A stretch of 64,000 nt of DNA from Nannocystis bainbridge (lineage in GTDB: Bacteria > Myxococcota_A > Polyangia > Nannocystales > Nannocystaceae): the NCBI RefSeq assembly GCF_028368995.1, contig NZ_JAQNDL010000001.1, forward strand, positions 800,001-864,000, read 5' to 3'. The notes under the pieces were generated by a model. That model had not been told where the DNA came from. It worked only from the letters and a program-made list of their open reading frames with translations, and did no database searches. Position 1 is the first letter of the stretch. Each line of letters starts with the position of its first letter. The translations under genes and the position numbers were made by a program. Positions 46,456 through 56,663 of this stretch are shown one piece after another.

Positions 46456-49400
46456 TCAGGCGCCGCGCCGGCGCCGGCGCATCAGCCCCACCAGCGCCAG
46501 CAGCCCCGCCCCGGCCCAGCCGCCGCCCGCGTCGCTGCGGCAGGCGCAGCCGTCGTCCTGCCCGGCCTGCGGCGAAGTCGTGCCCGAGTCGGGCTCGCCG
46601 CTCGAGCTGTCCGTCGCCTCGGTCGTGCTGCTCGCGCTGCCCTCGCTGTCGCTGGTGGTCGGCGTCGCGCCGACGCAGTCGCCCGGATCGGCCACCCACC
46701 CGGGGAACGGCGTGTTCGTCACGCCCGAGAAGCCGAGGTTGTCGAGGTCCCAGCCGGGCGCCGCGGTCGCGAAGTCGCTGCCCTGACGGAAGCGCACGCG
46801 GACCTCCTTGCCCGCGAACGCCATGCCCAGGTCGACCTCGACGTGGTCGAGCAGCGGGTACGACGGGCTGACGCGCACATAGCCCGGCCGGTTCGACAGC
46901 GGGTTGTCGCTGCTGGCGATCGTGCCCGAGTAAGCGGGATCGCCGTACTTCGCCAGGTCCTCCCAGGTCTTGCCGCCGTCGCTCGAGATCTCGACCACCC
47001 CGCCGTCCCACGCGAGGATGTTGGCGTCCTGGTCGGGCGACGAGTCGAAGTAGTACGCGTGGTCGAACGAGATCACGAGCGGCTGATCGGCCGCGACCTT
47101 CATCGTCGGCGACAGCAGCCAGGTGTCGGACTTGGCGTCCGGGTCGTCGACGTGCCAGCCCGTGCCGCTCGAAGCGTTGGCCAGACGCGCCCACAGGTCC
47201 TTGCCGCCGGTCCCGCTCGCGGCCCACAGCGTGTCCGCGGCCTCGACGTCGTCGACCGACGACGAGGCCGCCATCGGGTCGCCGTTCAGCACCACCTTCA
47301 GCTCGCGCACCGCCTCGGCCTCGCAGCCGCCCGGCGTCGTCATCTTGAGCGAGAACGTCGCCGCCTCGACCCCCGGCAGCGCCTCGGGCAGCGCGAACGG
47401 GAGCTGCAGGGTCGCCGAGCTGCGCGGCGCCAGGGTGTCGAGCGCGATCGTCGTCTCGCCGGCGAACGTCACGCTCGGGCTCGAGCTCGAGATCGTGAGC
47501 TGCGCCCCGGCCAGGTCGGCGCCGCCGAGGTTCTCGATGGCAATCGTCAGCAGGCCGGGCTCGCCGACGTCGACCACCCCGTCCTGGTCGCACGACATCG
47601 TCGCGTCGTCGACCGTCGCCGCCGCCAGCACCCCGAGCGGCCGGACCTCGAAGTCCTCCATCACCCCGTCGAACAGCAGCGAGTCGCGCGTCGGCGCGAC
47701 CGCGCAGGTGCCCGCGCCGCGGCGGGCGAACGCCGTCGCCGCCGCCGCGAAGTCGCCCGGGTCGGCGACCGCCATGGCCGCCAGCAGCGCGTCGCGCTGC
47801 TCGGTGTACGTCGGCCCGACCGGCGCCATCATCATGCCGGTGACGACGTAGTCGCTCATCGCCCGCCGCACCTCGTCGAAGCTCTTGCGCCCCGCGTTGA
47901 CCTTGTGCAGCGCGACGTAGACCTCCCACAGCATCGTCGCCCACACCTCGCCGGCGTTGTGGACCTCGTAGTTGGGCGCGCCGAACACGTCGTTGATCGG
48001 GTGCTGATCGGGCAGCGGCTCGCCGTCGGCGATGTGGCGGAAGGTCAGCGCGTTCTTGGTGATGTCGACCGAATACGGCACCCGGCGCACGCCGAAGTAA
48101 TGCGTCGGGTCGGGGCCGGTGTAGTTGGCGTCGGCGTAGGTCCCGTCGAGATCGTCACCTGACCGCAAGGCCATGTGGATCGCCAGGAAATCGCCCCAGC
48201 CCTCGCCCTGGGCCCGGCACTGCATGCTGACGCACTCGACCAGGCGGTTGTGGATGAAGTGGCCCCACTCGTGCGCCACCACCAGGTTCTCGATCGTGCC
48301 GTCGCGCTCGGGCGGGCTGTTGCCGACCATGTGGGCGGTCAGCGGGCCGTTTTGCAGCTGGGCCTTGAGCGCGTCGCCGTCGCTCTTCGACAGGCCCTGG
48401 CCCGGGATCGTCGGGTCGTCGATCATGTGATCGGGCCCCGGCGGGTAGGCCGGCTGGTCGGCGAGGATGTCGGGATAGATGACGCCGACCGCCCCGGCCG
48501 CCTCGGCGAGGTTGGCCTTGAGCTCGAAGGCGCAGGTGCCCCGATCGATCAGCGCGATCTTGCCGGTGAGGTCGTTCTGCGGCGGCTCGCAGCCGTCGCT
48601 CGGGCTCTTGCCGGCGCCGTCGTCGACCACCACCAGCTCGGCGGTGACGTCGTAGATCTTGGGGCCGAAATCCGCCTGACCGACCTCGAACGGCGCGTCC
48701 TCGATCGTCAGCGACAGGTCGGTCGAGGCCGCGCTGTACACGAACATGTGCATGTGCGACGGCTCGCCGTCCTCGAGCGTCACCATGTACGCGTTGTCGC
48801 GCAGGCCGTCGAACACGCCGTCCTGGGCCAGCGTCAGCAGCGGGTCGCCGCCCTGCCCGCCGCGGCCGAAATTGTCGGCCTGGGCGTTGCCGGCGCCCTC
48901 GTCGAAGCCCGAGTCGTACCACCAGTCGTGAAGGTAGTTGGTGACGTAGAACAGCTGCGTGGCCGCGGCCTTGCACTGCTCTTCGCTGGCGCCCGGCTCC
49001 TGCGTCAGGTCGTAGGCGCGGTCGAACACGCCGGGCGCGGTGACCGACGCGCGGAAGTCCTTGGCGCCGATCTTCTGGTCGCCGGCGCGGTTGCAGAACG
49101 CGTCGACGTTGTTGCCGACGGTCTCGGTGGCCCCGGGCGGCAGCCACGGATCGGGCTCACCCTCGGGGTTGGTGTTGAGGCCCTCGATCGTCACCAGCAC
49201 CGGCGCCGGACCGATCATCGGCGCGCCGGTCGGCTCCCCGAGCGGGTGCGGCGTGTAGTCCTCCATCGGCCCGTCGAGCGGGCGGTGATCGCCGTCGTCG
49301 TCGGCCCACACGCGGTACGCGTAGGCGTCGCGCTGCTTGGCGTCCTGGCGCTCCAGCACCCGCCCATCGTCGGCCGCGATCACGTAGAGGAACGCCTCCG

Positions 49401-50109
49401 GCTGGCCGCCCGCGGTCGCGGCCTGGACCTCGACGCGGTGGGCCGGCACCAGCGATCCTCCGACCGGGAAGTACACCGGCCGCACGCGGGCCGGCCGCGA
49501 CAGCGTGAGCCCGGCCGGCGCCTTGGCCAGCGTATACGGCACCCGCCCCGCGGCGTCGGCCGCCCGGGTCGCGACCCACCTGTCCGCCGGGACATATACG
49601 CCGAACAGGTCGCGCAGGGCCGCCGTCACGCTCTCGGGCGCGCTCACGGCCGCCGCGCGGGCGCTGCTGGCCACCGCCGCCGGGTGCGGGCTGCCCCCGA
49701 TCGCGCGCAGGCCGAGGTCGCGGCCCAGCAAGATCTTGATATCACCGTGAAGGACATCGACGCCGGCGACCGTCGGCCGCAGGATCACCACGATCCCGCC
49801 GCGGCCGGTGTCGTGGACGTGGACCAGGCGGACATCGGCGAGGGCCGCCCGCGGCGCGGCATAGACGTGGCGCAGGCGCTCCAGGTGGTGGCGCGCGGCC
49901 TGCTCGGGCGAAGCCCCGCGCGGGGCCGGGCCCGTCGCCCACACGAACGACGGCACCCCGGCGTGCCGCGAGGCGACCACCACGTCGCTGGCGACCCGCC
50001 CGGCCACCGTCGGCGCCGGCGACCCGGACGCATAAACGGGCGCGAGCGCGGTCGTCAGTGTCAAAAGATATCCGCAGGGGACGAAGCCTATCCTCGATCG
50101 ATGGTGCAT
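46456..50109 (-). CDS. M36 (fungalysin) metallopeptidase with PA domain and MYXO-CTERM anchor
   Basis: FTP/PepSY-like propeptide, QLFYVTNYLHD, GFDEGAGNAQ, PA domain GKIALIDRGTC, AHEWGH, GEGWGDF, EVHNAGEVW; tail GCAC..LLALVGLMRRRRRGA. Confidence 0.94.
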   Translation of the reverse strand: MHHRSRIGFVPCGYLLTLTTALAPVYASGSPAPTVAGRVASDVVVASRHAGVPSFVWATGPAPRGASPEQAARHHLERLRHVYAAPRAALADVRLVHVHDTGRGGIVVILRPTVAGVDVLHGDIKILLGRDLGLRAIGGSPHPAAVASSARAAAVSAPESVTAALRDLFGVYVPADRWVATRAADAAGRVPYTLAKAPAGLTLSRPARVRPVYFPVGGSLVPAHRVEVQAATAGGQPEAFLYVIAADDGRVLERQDAKQRDAYAYRVWADDDGDHRPLDGPMEDYTPHPLGEPTGAPMIGPAPVLVTIEGLNTNPEGEPDPWLPPGATETVGNNVDAFCNRAGDQKIGAKDFRASVTAPGVFDRAYDLTQEPGASEEQCKAAATQLFYVTNYLHDWWYDSGFDEGAGNAQADNFGRGGQGGDPLLTLAQDGVFDGLRDNAYMVTLEDGEPSHMHMFVYSAASTDLSLTIEDAPFEVGQADFGPKIYDVTAELVVVDDGAGKSPSDGCEPPQNDLTGKIALIDRGTCAFELKANLAEAAGAVGVIYPDILADQPAYPPGPDHMIDDPTIPGQGLSKSDGDALKAQLQNGPLTAHMVGNSPPERDGTIENLVVAHEWGHFIHNRLVECVSMQCRAQGEGWGDFLAIHMALRSGDDLDGTYADANYTGPDPTHYFGVRRVPYSVDITKNALTFRHIADGEPLPDQHPINDVFGAPNYEVHNAGEVWATMLWEVYVALHKVNAGRKSFDEVRRAMSDYVVTGMMMAPVGPTYTEQRDALLAAMAVADPGDFAAAATAFARRGAGTCAVAPTRDSLLFDGVMEDFEVRPLGVLAAATVDDATMSCDQDGVVDVGEPGLLTIAIENLGGADLAGAQLTISSSSPSVTFAGETTIALDTLAPRSSATLQLPFALPEALPGVEAATFSLKMTTPGGCEAEAVRELKVVLNGDPMAASSSVDDVEAADTLWAASGTGGKDLWARLANASSGTGWHVDDPDAKSDTWLLSPTMKVAADQPLVISFDHAYYFDSSPDQDANILAWDGGVVEISSDGGKTWEDLAKYGDPAYSGTIASSDNPLSNRPGYVRVSPSYPLLDHVEVDLGMAFAGKEVRVRFRQGSDFATAAPGWDLDNLGFSGVTNTPFPGWVADPGDCVGATPTTSDSEGSASSTTEATDSSSGEPDSGTTSPQAGQDDGCACRSDAGGGWAGAGLLALVGLMRRRRRGA

Positions 50110-50409
50110 CGGCGCCGAGCTTAGCCAATGGACCTCCCGTGTCGAGCCGCGTCGGTACGAGCCGCCGCGGGCGTGGCCGCGCGCCAGAGCTGCGACGCGC
50201 ACCGACCTGACCGTTCGTACAGATGCTGCGTGACCCCATCGCCCGACGGTCGCGCTGCGTCGCCGCGGTGGCCTCGACCGCCACGCCCGAACAGTCGGCC
50301 CGCCGCGCGGCCCTGCCCACGTCCGCGGACAACGCGCCTAACCGCCCGCAACCCCGGCCCGCGCGTGCAACTGGCGGTACCGTCGCGTCCGCGGCGGTTC
50401 TGCGGCATC

Positions 50410-51726
50410 ATGATCGGCGTGCTTGGATTTCACCCTTATCGATTCCTACCTGGCCTTTTGGTCATATGCGCCTGTCCTGACGAGAGCACCGTGCCCGGCC
50501 CCCTCGACACCGACGCCAGCAGCGACGGCAGCGCGAGCGTGGGGGCCACCACTGGGCTGTCCGACGCTTCAACGACGACTTTGGGGCCGACCGACCCCGA
50601 CTCTACCCCGACCACCAGCGACACCGTGGACCCGACGTCCGTCGGCACCGGCGGCGGCGACGGCTCGACCACCTTCGATCCGCCCGCCGCCTGCGGCCCG
50701 CCGTGCGACGACTTCTCGGCGCACGAAGGCACCGTGACGCTCGGCGGCGGCGGGGCCAACTTCGCCTGCGTCAACCACATCGACGGCGACCTTTACATCG
50801 GCGCCAACGCGACGCTGCAGGAGATCGCCAGCCTCGGCAACCTCGAGTGGGTCGAGGGCGCGGTGACCATCGCCGGTAACCTCGCGCTCGCCGATCTGTC
50901 GGGCCTCGCCTGCCTGCGCGACATCGAGGCGCTGAAGCTGACCGGCATGCCGCAGCTCGCCGATCTCGACGCCCTGGCCCGCCTGCGCGTCGCCCCGCGC
51001 CTCGAGTTCGAGCGCCTCGGCATCACCGCGCTGCCGAGCTTCGCCCCCGAGTTCGCCGGCGTCGCCTCGCTGGTGCTGCGCGACAACGACGCGCTCGTCG
51101 ACCTCCACGCCGCCGCCAATTGGGGCGCCGCCGGACCGCTCGAGCTGCGCATCGAGAGCAACGCGGCGCTGGCGAGCATCGCCGGGCTCGCCGGGCCCCT
51201 GGCCGACAACGGCGCCGGCACGGTCCACCTCGCCCTGCTCGACCTGCCCGAGCTGACCTCGCTGGTCGGCCTCGAGCCGCTGCTGCAGGCCGACCTCCAC
51301 TTCGAGCGCCTGCCGAAGCTCACCGACCTCGCCCCGCTGTCAGGCCTCCTCAGCGGCGGCCAGATCGTCTTCAACGCCTTGCCCGCGCTCACCGACCTCG
51401 AAGGCCTCGGGTCGCTCGTCACCGTCGGCACCTTCACCCTCGGCGACTGCTCCCACGGCGACGACGGCGGCCTCGATCACCTGGCCAGCCTCGCCGGCCT
51501 GGACAGCCTGGCCGCGGTGGGTCACTTCGCGCTGGCCGACAACGACCAGCTCGCCTCGCTGGCCGGCGCCCCGCAGCTCGGCGCCGTGGGCGGCTTCTCC
51601 TCGGTCGGCAACCCGGCCCTGATCCAGAGCGACTACGACGCGTTCTTCACCCAGCTCGAGGCGGCCCCGTGGGGCTGCGTCGGCGACTGGGGCCGCTGCG
51701 AGTGCTTCCCGGTCAACCCCGGGTGA
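50410..51726 (+). CDS. Lipoprotein with receptor-L/leucine-rich repeats
   Basis: Lipobox-like ICAC; Thr/Ser linker; repeated 'L..N..L..L.GL..L..V.G' units. Confidence 0.82.
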   Translation: MIGVLGFHPYRFLPGLLVICACPDESTVPGPLDTDASSDGSASVGATTGLSDASTTTLGPTDPDSTPTTSDTVDPTSVGTGGGDGSTTFDPPAACGPPCDDFSAHEGTVTLGGGGANFACVNHIDGDLYIGANATLQEIASLGNLEWVEGAVTIAGNLALADLSGLACLRDIEALKLTGMPQLADLDALARLRVAPRLEFERLGITALPSFAPEFAGVASLVLRDNDALVDLHAAANWGAAGPLELRIESNAALASIAGLAGPLADNGAGTVHLALLDLPELTSLVGLEPLLQADLHFERLPKLTDLAPLSGLLSGGQIVFNALPALTDLEGLGSLVTVGTFTLGDCSHGDDGGLDHLASLAGLDSLAAVGHFALADNDQLASLAGAPQLGAVGGFSSVGNPALIQSDYDAFFTQLEAAPWGCVGDWGRCECFPVNPG

Positions 51727-51732
51727 CCGATC

Positions 51733-51798
51733 GGACATGCCCTCCGGGGCATGTCTCAAGGCGCATGTTCTTCGGGACCTGACCTCCGGGGCATGTCC
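51733..51798. repeat. 14-bp phased array between convergent genes, overlapping a CDS 3' end
   Basis: CATG 51736, 51750, 51764; CCTG 51778; CATG 51792. Confidence 0.9.
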
Positions 51799-52802
51799 CT
51801 CGCGCCACCCTCGATCAGCAGCAGCGCGGCGGCGCACAGCTCGAGGTGGCCGTGGAAGCGGGCCATGCGGAAGTAGCCGTGGCAGGCCGCCATCAGGTCG
51901 CGCGCGGCCCACAGCGCCAGCGCGGTGGCGACGGCGATCGCGGCCCACAGCAGCGGCCGGCCCATGTCGGCCTCCAGCCCGGCCCAGCGGGCCCGGTAGG
52001 TCGGCGGGGTCGCGCGCGCGCGGTCCTCGTCAGGCAAGAGGCCCAGCCACACGCCGTAGTGGATCGTCTGCGCGAAGCAGAACAGCAGCACCAGCCGCAG
52101 CGCCCACTCCGGGCCGACCCCGGGCGACAGCCGCCACACCTGGTACTGCGGGCCCATGCCGCCGCCGAACCACTGCAGCCCGCCGCTGGCGCGCACGGCC
52201 GCCAGCGCGACGTCGCTGACGAGGAAGGCGCTGGCCAGGGCCATCAGCGCCAGCGGCAGCCAGTGCAGCCGCGACTTCCGCGGCCGCCACGCCCACCACA
52301 GCAGCACGGCGATCGCGTTGTGGAGGTGGGCGAACACGACGTCGCCGGTGCGCCCGAGCGCGGCGAAGCTGCCGGCCAAGCCCGCGACCATCACGACCCC
52401 GAGCACGCGCCGAGCGGGGCTCGCCCGCGCGACCGCGGCCGCCAGCCCGGCGGCGAGGAAGCCCCACAGCAGGTGGCCGCCGAGCGCGACGTAAGCGAGC
52501 GGCGGCCCGGCCAGGACCACCAGCGCCAGGCGCCGGTGATAACCTGGCCGAACGAGCATGTACCGAAGGTCAGCCACGAGGTGCGGCACGCCCCACACCA
52601 GCGGCCCGAGGATCAGCAGCCACAGCGGCGCGATCAAGGTCGCCGCCAGCGCGGTGCCCACCATCGTCGAGCCGAGCACGGCGATCCGCAGATCGCGGCG
52701 ACGGATCAGCGGCCGCACCACGGGGCCGAGCCGGCGCAGCCACCATCGCCGCACGAAGTCGGCCGCGCCGATCGGGCCGTGGAGGAGCGTGCTCGTGGTC
52801 AT
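51756..52802 (-). CDS. His-motif integral membrane protein (putative membrane metalloenzyme)
   Basis: Many TMs; GVPHLVAD, AHLHN, QTIHY, FHGHLE. Confidence 0.8.
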   Translation of the reverse strand: MTTSTLLHGPIGAADFVRRWWLRRLGPVVRPLIRRRDLRIAVLGSTMVGTALAATLIAPLWLLILGPLVWGVPHLVADLRYMLVRPGYHRRLALVVLAGPPLAYVALGGHLLWGFLAAGLAAAVARASPARRVLGVVMVAGLAGSFAALGRTGDVVFAHLHNAIAVLLWWAWRPRKSRLHWLPLALMALASAFLVSDVALAAVRASGGLQWFGGGMGPQYQVWRLSPGVGPEWALRLVLLFCFAQTIHYGVWLGLLPDEDRARATPPTYRARWAGLEADMGRPLLWAAIAVATALALWAARDLMAACHGYFRMARFHGHLELCAAALLLIEGGARDMPRRSGPEEHAP

Positions 52803-52921
52803 GCCCGTCGTCGCCGCCGCGCGGCCCACAGCGCCAGCACCAGCAGCCAGCCGGCGATGTGGCAGCCGGCCTTCTTCGGCGGCGGGCCCGGCGGGATGTC
52901 CACGCGCGCGGTCAGCGTCAT
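52799..52921 (-). CDS. 40-aa ORF consisting essentially of a MYXO-CTERM-like tail
   Basis: MTLTARVDIPPGPPPKKAGCHIAGWLLVLALWAARRRRRA; ATGA overlap with the downstream membrane gene; TGcCATCGT 6 nt upstream. Confidence 0.5.
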   Translation of the reverse strand: MTLTARVDIPPGPPPKKAGCHIAGWLLVLALWAARRRRRA

Positions 52922-53071
52922 GCCGGTACGATGGCACACGCGCCCGCGACCGGGAAGCACGCGCCTGCGCGCCGACGCGAGCCCGAGTTCGACGCGACCG
53001 CTCGCTCTCCTCCAAACCGCCTTGCGGCCCGGAGAGGTGCGCCGGCGCGGGCGATCGCGTACCGTCGCTGC

Positions 53072-53845
53072 GTGCTCGCCTCGCCGACCGGCGCCTTTCT
53101 GGCCGACCCGCTGGTCGGACCGACGCTGCTGGTGCTCGCCGGCGTGGTCGCGGGCGTGCTCAACACCCTCGCCGGCGGCGGCTCCTTCGTCATCTTGCCG
53201 ATCCTGATCGGCCTCGGCCTGCCGCCCGGGGTCGCCAACGCCACCAGCCGGATCGGCGTGCTCGCCCACGGCTCGGCCGCGGCGCTCACCTTCGCGCGCG
53301 ACCGCGCCCTGCACACCGGTCTCGTCGCTCGCCTGGCGCCTGCCATGTGCGCCGGGGCCCTGCTCGGCGCCTGGCTGGCGACGCAGACCAGCGACGCCGT
53401 GCTGCGCCCGCTGATCGGCGGGGTCCTTGTCGCGTGGGCGCTGTTCCTGGTCTTTCGGCCAGGTAGCATGACGAAGCCGCCGCCCGAGCCGCGCCCGCCC
53501 GGCACCACCGCCCACGCGCTGGCGCTGCTCATCGGCGTCTACGGCGGCTTCCTGCAGGCCGGCGTCGGTTTTCCGTTGATCGCCCTGTTCGTGTCGCACC
53601 TCGGCCACGACCTGCTGCGCGCCAACGCGGCCAAGGTGGCGCTGGTGTTCGTGTACACGCTGCTGGTGGTGGCCGTGTTCGCGGCCGCGGGCCAGATCGA
53701 CTGGCCGCGCGCGGGGCAGCTGGCGATCGGGATGACCTTCGGCGGCTGGCTGGGCGCGCGCATGCAGATCCGCGCCGGCGCGCCGCTGGTCCGCTGGACG
53801 ATCGTGGTGATGGTGCTGGTCAGCGGCGCTTCCTTGCTGGTCTGA
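53072..53845 (+). CDS. TauE/SafE (TSUP) sulfite exporter family protein
   Basis: GVLNTLAGGGS, ANATSR, GVYGGFLQAGVG, ANAAK; about 8 TMs; TACCGT 6 nt before GTG. Confidence 0.9.
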   Translation: MLASPTGAFLADPLVGPTLLVLAGVVAGVLNTLAGGGSFVILPILIGLGLPPGVANATSRIGVLAHGSAAALTFARDRALHTGLVARLAPAMCAGALLGAWLATQTSDAVLRPLIGGVLVAWALFLVFRPGSMTKPPPEPRPPGTTAHALALLIGVYGGFLQAGVGFPLIALFVSHLGHDLLRANAAKVALVFVYTLLVVAVFAAAGQIDWPRAGQLAIGMTFGGWLGARMQIRAGAPLVRWTIVVMVLVSGASLLV

Positions 53846-54081
53846 AGGACAGGTTGATTCGAACCCAGGTACATGACCCTCGGGACATGTCCTTCTCACC
53901 ACGTCCTTGAAGGACGCCGCGCACGCGAGGCCCGGTGTCAAGGTCCGCGTGCGCCGCAGCAGTGACCGGGAGTCGCATCCACCGCCGTGGGCCGCGACCT
54001 CGGGGGCGGTCCGAGCCGCGAAGCGGTGCTGCGCGGTTCCACGCGGTGCCGTCGGCGGGCGCCTCGGCTATACGTCCGGGC

Positions 54082-54843
54082 ATGGTCCCGCTGGACGCGA
54101 CTCAGGTCCTCGCGCTGCTTGAGCACCTCCCGATCGCGCTGTACGTGATGCGGGACGGCGTGCTGCAGTGGTGCAACGACAAGTTCTTGCGCCTGTGCGA
54201 GTGCTCCCTGGAGGCCGCGCTGGGCCAGAACTTCGTCCGCTTCATCGCCCCCGAGGACCGCGAGTTCGTCGTCGACCGCTACCGCCGGCGGATCTCCGGC
54301 GAGCCCGTGCCCGAGCACTACGAGTTCTCCGCCATCGGCCTCGAGACCGGCAAGCGCACGCCGATCCACATGTCCGTGCACGTCACCCAGATCGCCGGCA
54401 TCCGCTACAGCATCGGCGTCGTCGTCGATCTCACCGCCCAGGCCAGCGTCGCGGCCGGGCTCGCCACCACCGCCGGGGTCGAGCGCAGCTACCCGACCCC
54501 GGTCTTGCGGGTCGCCGCCGGGGTGCTGGTGGTGCCGCTCGTCGGCCACTACCACGCCGCCCGGGTCCAGAGCCTCAACCAGAGCGTGCTGGCCGCGATC
54601 GGCGAGCAGCGGGCCCACGCGCTGATCCTCGACGTCACCGGGGTCGTCGACGCCGACGAGCGCGTCGCCGACTACCTCGGTCGCACCGCCGCGGCCGCTC
54701 GCCTGCTCGGCGCGCAGTGCGTGCTGGCCGGCGTGTCCCCGTCGCTCGCGCAGCTGCTCGTCACTTCCGCGGCCACGCTCACCCACCTGACGACCGCCGC
54801 GACCCTCGAGGACGCGCTGGCCCAGGTGCGTCAGCCCGGCTGA
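54082..54843 (+). CDS. PAS + STAS (RsbR-like) protein
   Basis: PAS: N.KF.......G.NF..FIAPEDR; STAS: TPVLRV..GVLVVPLVG, LILDVTGV, RLLGA.CVLAGVSP. Confidence 0.9.
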   Translation: MVPLDATQVLALLEHLPIALYVMRDGVLQWCNDKFLRLCECSLEAALGQNFVRFIAPEDREFVVDRYRRRISGEPVPEHYEFSAIGLETGKRTPIHMSVHVTQIAGIRYSIGVVVDLTAQASVAAGLATTAGVERSYPTPVLRVAAGVLVVPLVGHYHAARVQSLNQSVLAAIGEQRAHALILDVTGVVDADERVADYLGRTAAAARLLGAQCVLAGVSPSLAQLLVTSAATLTHLTTAATLEDALAQVRQPG

Positions 54844-54934
54844 GACGCGGCCTTTCACCTTCGGGGCGTTTTTATAGGGACATGTCTCGAGAGACATGTC
54901 CTTTCCCCAAGCCCGCGCCCTCCGTGCGTGGCGC

Positions 54935-55888
54935 TCACCCCCGAAGTGGCACCGCGGCCGCCAGTGACGCTCGGGCCGCCGCGCGCTCGCCTGCCCCTGC
55001 GTAAAGCGCATCGCCCAGCGCCTCCGTCCACGCCGGCGTCGAGCCGCAGCACGAGCCGACCAGGTGCAGCCCCGCGTCTCTCGCCAGCGCGGCCACCTCG
55101 GTGGCGAACGCCGCGGCCGGGACCGCGTGCGTCACGAATCGCCCCGGCTCCGCGCGGCCGGTGTGCGGATAGGTCCCGAGGAGCATGTCCGAAGCACCGG
55201 CCGCGGCCACCAGCGCCGGGATCGCCGCCGGCAAGTACGTCAGCTCCGTGCAGTTGATCAGCAGCGCCTGCACCGCGAGCCCGCGCAGCCCGGCCACCAG
55301 CGCTTCGAGCGACTCGCCGGCCAGCAGGCGCCCGTCGGCGCGGCACACCACCGCCAGCCACACCGGCAGCCCGAGCCCTTGCCCGGCCGCCACCGCGGCC
55401 ACCGCCTCGTCGATCCGGCCCATCGTCTCGACCAGCAGCAGGTCGCAGCCGGCCGCCGCCAGCGTCTCGGCCATCACCCGGTGCTCCGGCCCCGCATGGC
55501 TGCCGGGCGACTCGGCCGGGCGGAAGCAGTCCTCGAGCGGGCTCACCGACCCGGCGATCCGCGCCGCGCTCGCGCCGGTCGGGTCCTCCGCCGCGAACTG
55601 CTCGCGCGCCTCGCGGGCCAGCGTCACCGCCCGCCGGGTCAGCGCCTCCGCCTCGTGCGCCCGTCCGCCCGCGGCCAGGTTGCGCGCGTGGGTGCGGAAC
55701 GTGTTCGTCGTGATCACCTGCGCCCCGGCGCGCAGGTAGTCGAGGTGGACCTGCCGCACCACCTCGGGCGCCTCGATCAGCGCGTGCGCCGACCACAGCG
55801 GCGCGTCCATGCGGGCGCCGCGGCGCTCCAGCTCGGTGCCCATCGCCCCGTCGAGCAGGGCCGGCGTCGGCCACGGCTTCACGGACAT
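54935..55888 (-). CDS. Homocysteine S-methyltransferase family protein
   Basis: LLDGAMGTEL, HLDYLRAGA..ITTNTF, LLVET, INCT, GSCCGSTP zinc motif; start could be GTG 55882. Confidence 0.92.
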   Translation of the reverse strand: MSVKPWPTPALLDGAMGTELERRGARMDAPLWSAHALIEAPEVVRQVHLDYLRAGAQVITTNTFRTHARNLAAGGRAHEAEALTRRAVTLAREAREQFAAEDPTGASAARIAGSVSPLEDCFRPAESPGSHAGPEHRVMAETLAAAGCDLLLVETMGRIDEAVAAVAAGQGLGLPVWLAVVCRADGRLLAGESLEALVAGLRGLAVQALLINCTELTYLPAAIPALVAAAGASDMLLGTYPHTGRAEPGRFVTHAVPAAAFATEVAALARDAGLHLVGSCCGSTPAWTEALGDALYAGAGERAAARASLAAAVPLRG

Positions 55889-55976
55889 GCCCTTTCAGAC
55901 ATGTCCCCTCGCGCATGCCCTAAAAGACATGCCCATACAGACATGTCCCCTCGCGCATGCCCGAGAGGACATGTCC
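55883..55976. repeat. 14-bp phased RRRCATGYYY array, seven units, with a 42-bp higher-order duplication
   Basis: CATG at 55886, 55900, 55914, 55928, 55942, 55956, 55970; CAGACATGTCCCCTCGCGCATGCCC at 55896 and 55938. Confidence 0.95.
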
Positions 55977-56060
55977 CCGGGGCCCACTCGCCGCGGGGGC
56001 CTGCGCCCCTCCGCGCGCGCGCCCGGCCGTCGCCGCGCCCGCGCGCCGAAGGCCGGCGGC

Positions 56061-56600
56061 TCAGCGCATGAACTCGTCCTTCATCAGGCAGAACTTGGGG
56101 TCGTTCGGCTGGCCGATGGTCGGCATGATGCGGCACTCGTAGCCCTCGCGCGGACAGTCCGCGTTGTCGGTGCACTCGACGACGCAGCCCTCGAAGTACA
56201 TGTCGGCGCCGATGCAGGTCACGCCCTCGCCGCAGATCGGGTCGTCGGGCACGTAGGCGGTCTGCGGCGGCAGCTCGCACAGCTTGCTGCAGTAGCCGCA
56301 GGGCAGGTCGTAGAGCTCGAGGATGTCGGTGAGGCACACGCCGCCCTCGCCGAGGACCGCCACGCACTCGTCGTCGGCGCTGCACGGGAACCCGAACTCG
56401 TCCATCACCCCGCCGATCGCGCCGGCCTGGCCCGGCTCGCAGACGATGCCGCCGGTGTCGCCGGTGGTCGGCGCGCCCGTGCCGTCGGTCGTCGGATTTT
56501 CGGTGGTGCTCGGCGTGTTGTCGGTGTCGCCGCTGCCGCCGTTGCAGGCGGGCAGGACGAGGAGCATGCAGGCGAGGCCAGCTACGATGTTCTTGCGCAT
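56061..56600 (-). CDS. Cys-rich lipoprotein
   Basis: Lipobox LPAC; Thr linker; GFPCSADDEC...GYCSKLC...CVVECTDNADCPREGYEC. Confidence 0.88.
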   Translation of the reverse strand: MRKNIVAGLACMLLVLPACNGGSGDTDNTPSTTENPTTDGTGAPTTGDTGGIVCEPGQAGAIGGVMDEFGFPCSADDECVAVLGEGGVCLTDILELYDLPCGYCSKLCELPPQTAYVPDDPICGEGVTCIGADMYFEGCVVECTDNADCPREGYECRIMPTIGQPNDPKFCLMKDEFMR

Positions 56601-56663
56601 TGGAGCCGGACGTTAGGCCACGGCGGGCAGGCCGCCAACAAACATGCGCGCGGCGGCTTTCGC

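Noticed and set aside
6914-55888. Sulfur-metabolism cluster (cysD, cysNC, TauE, homocysteine methyltransferase)
   Set aside because: The genes are about 40 kb apart with unrelated genes between; no evidence of co-regulation.
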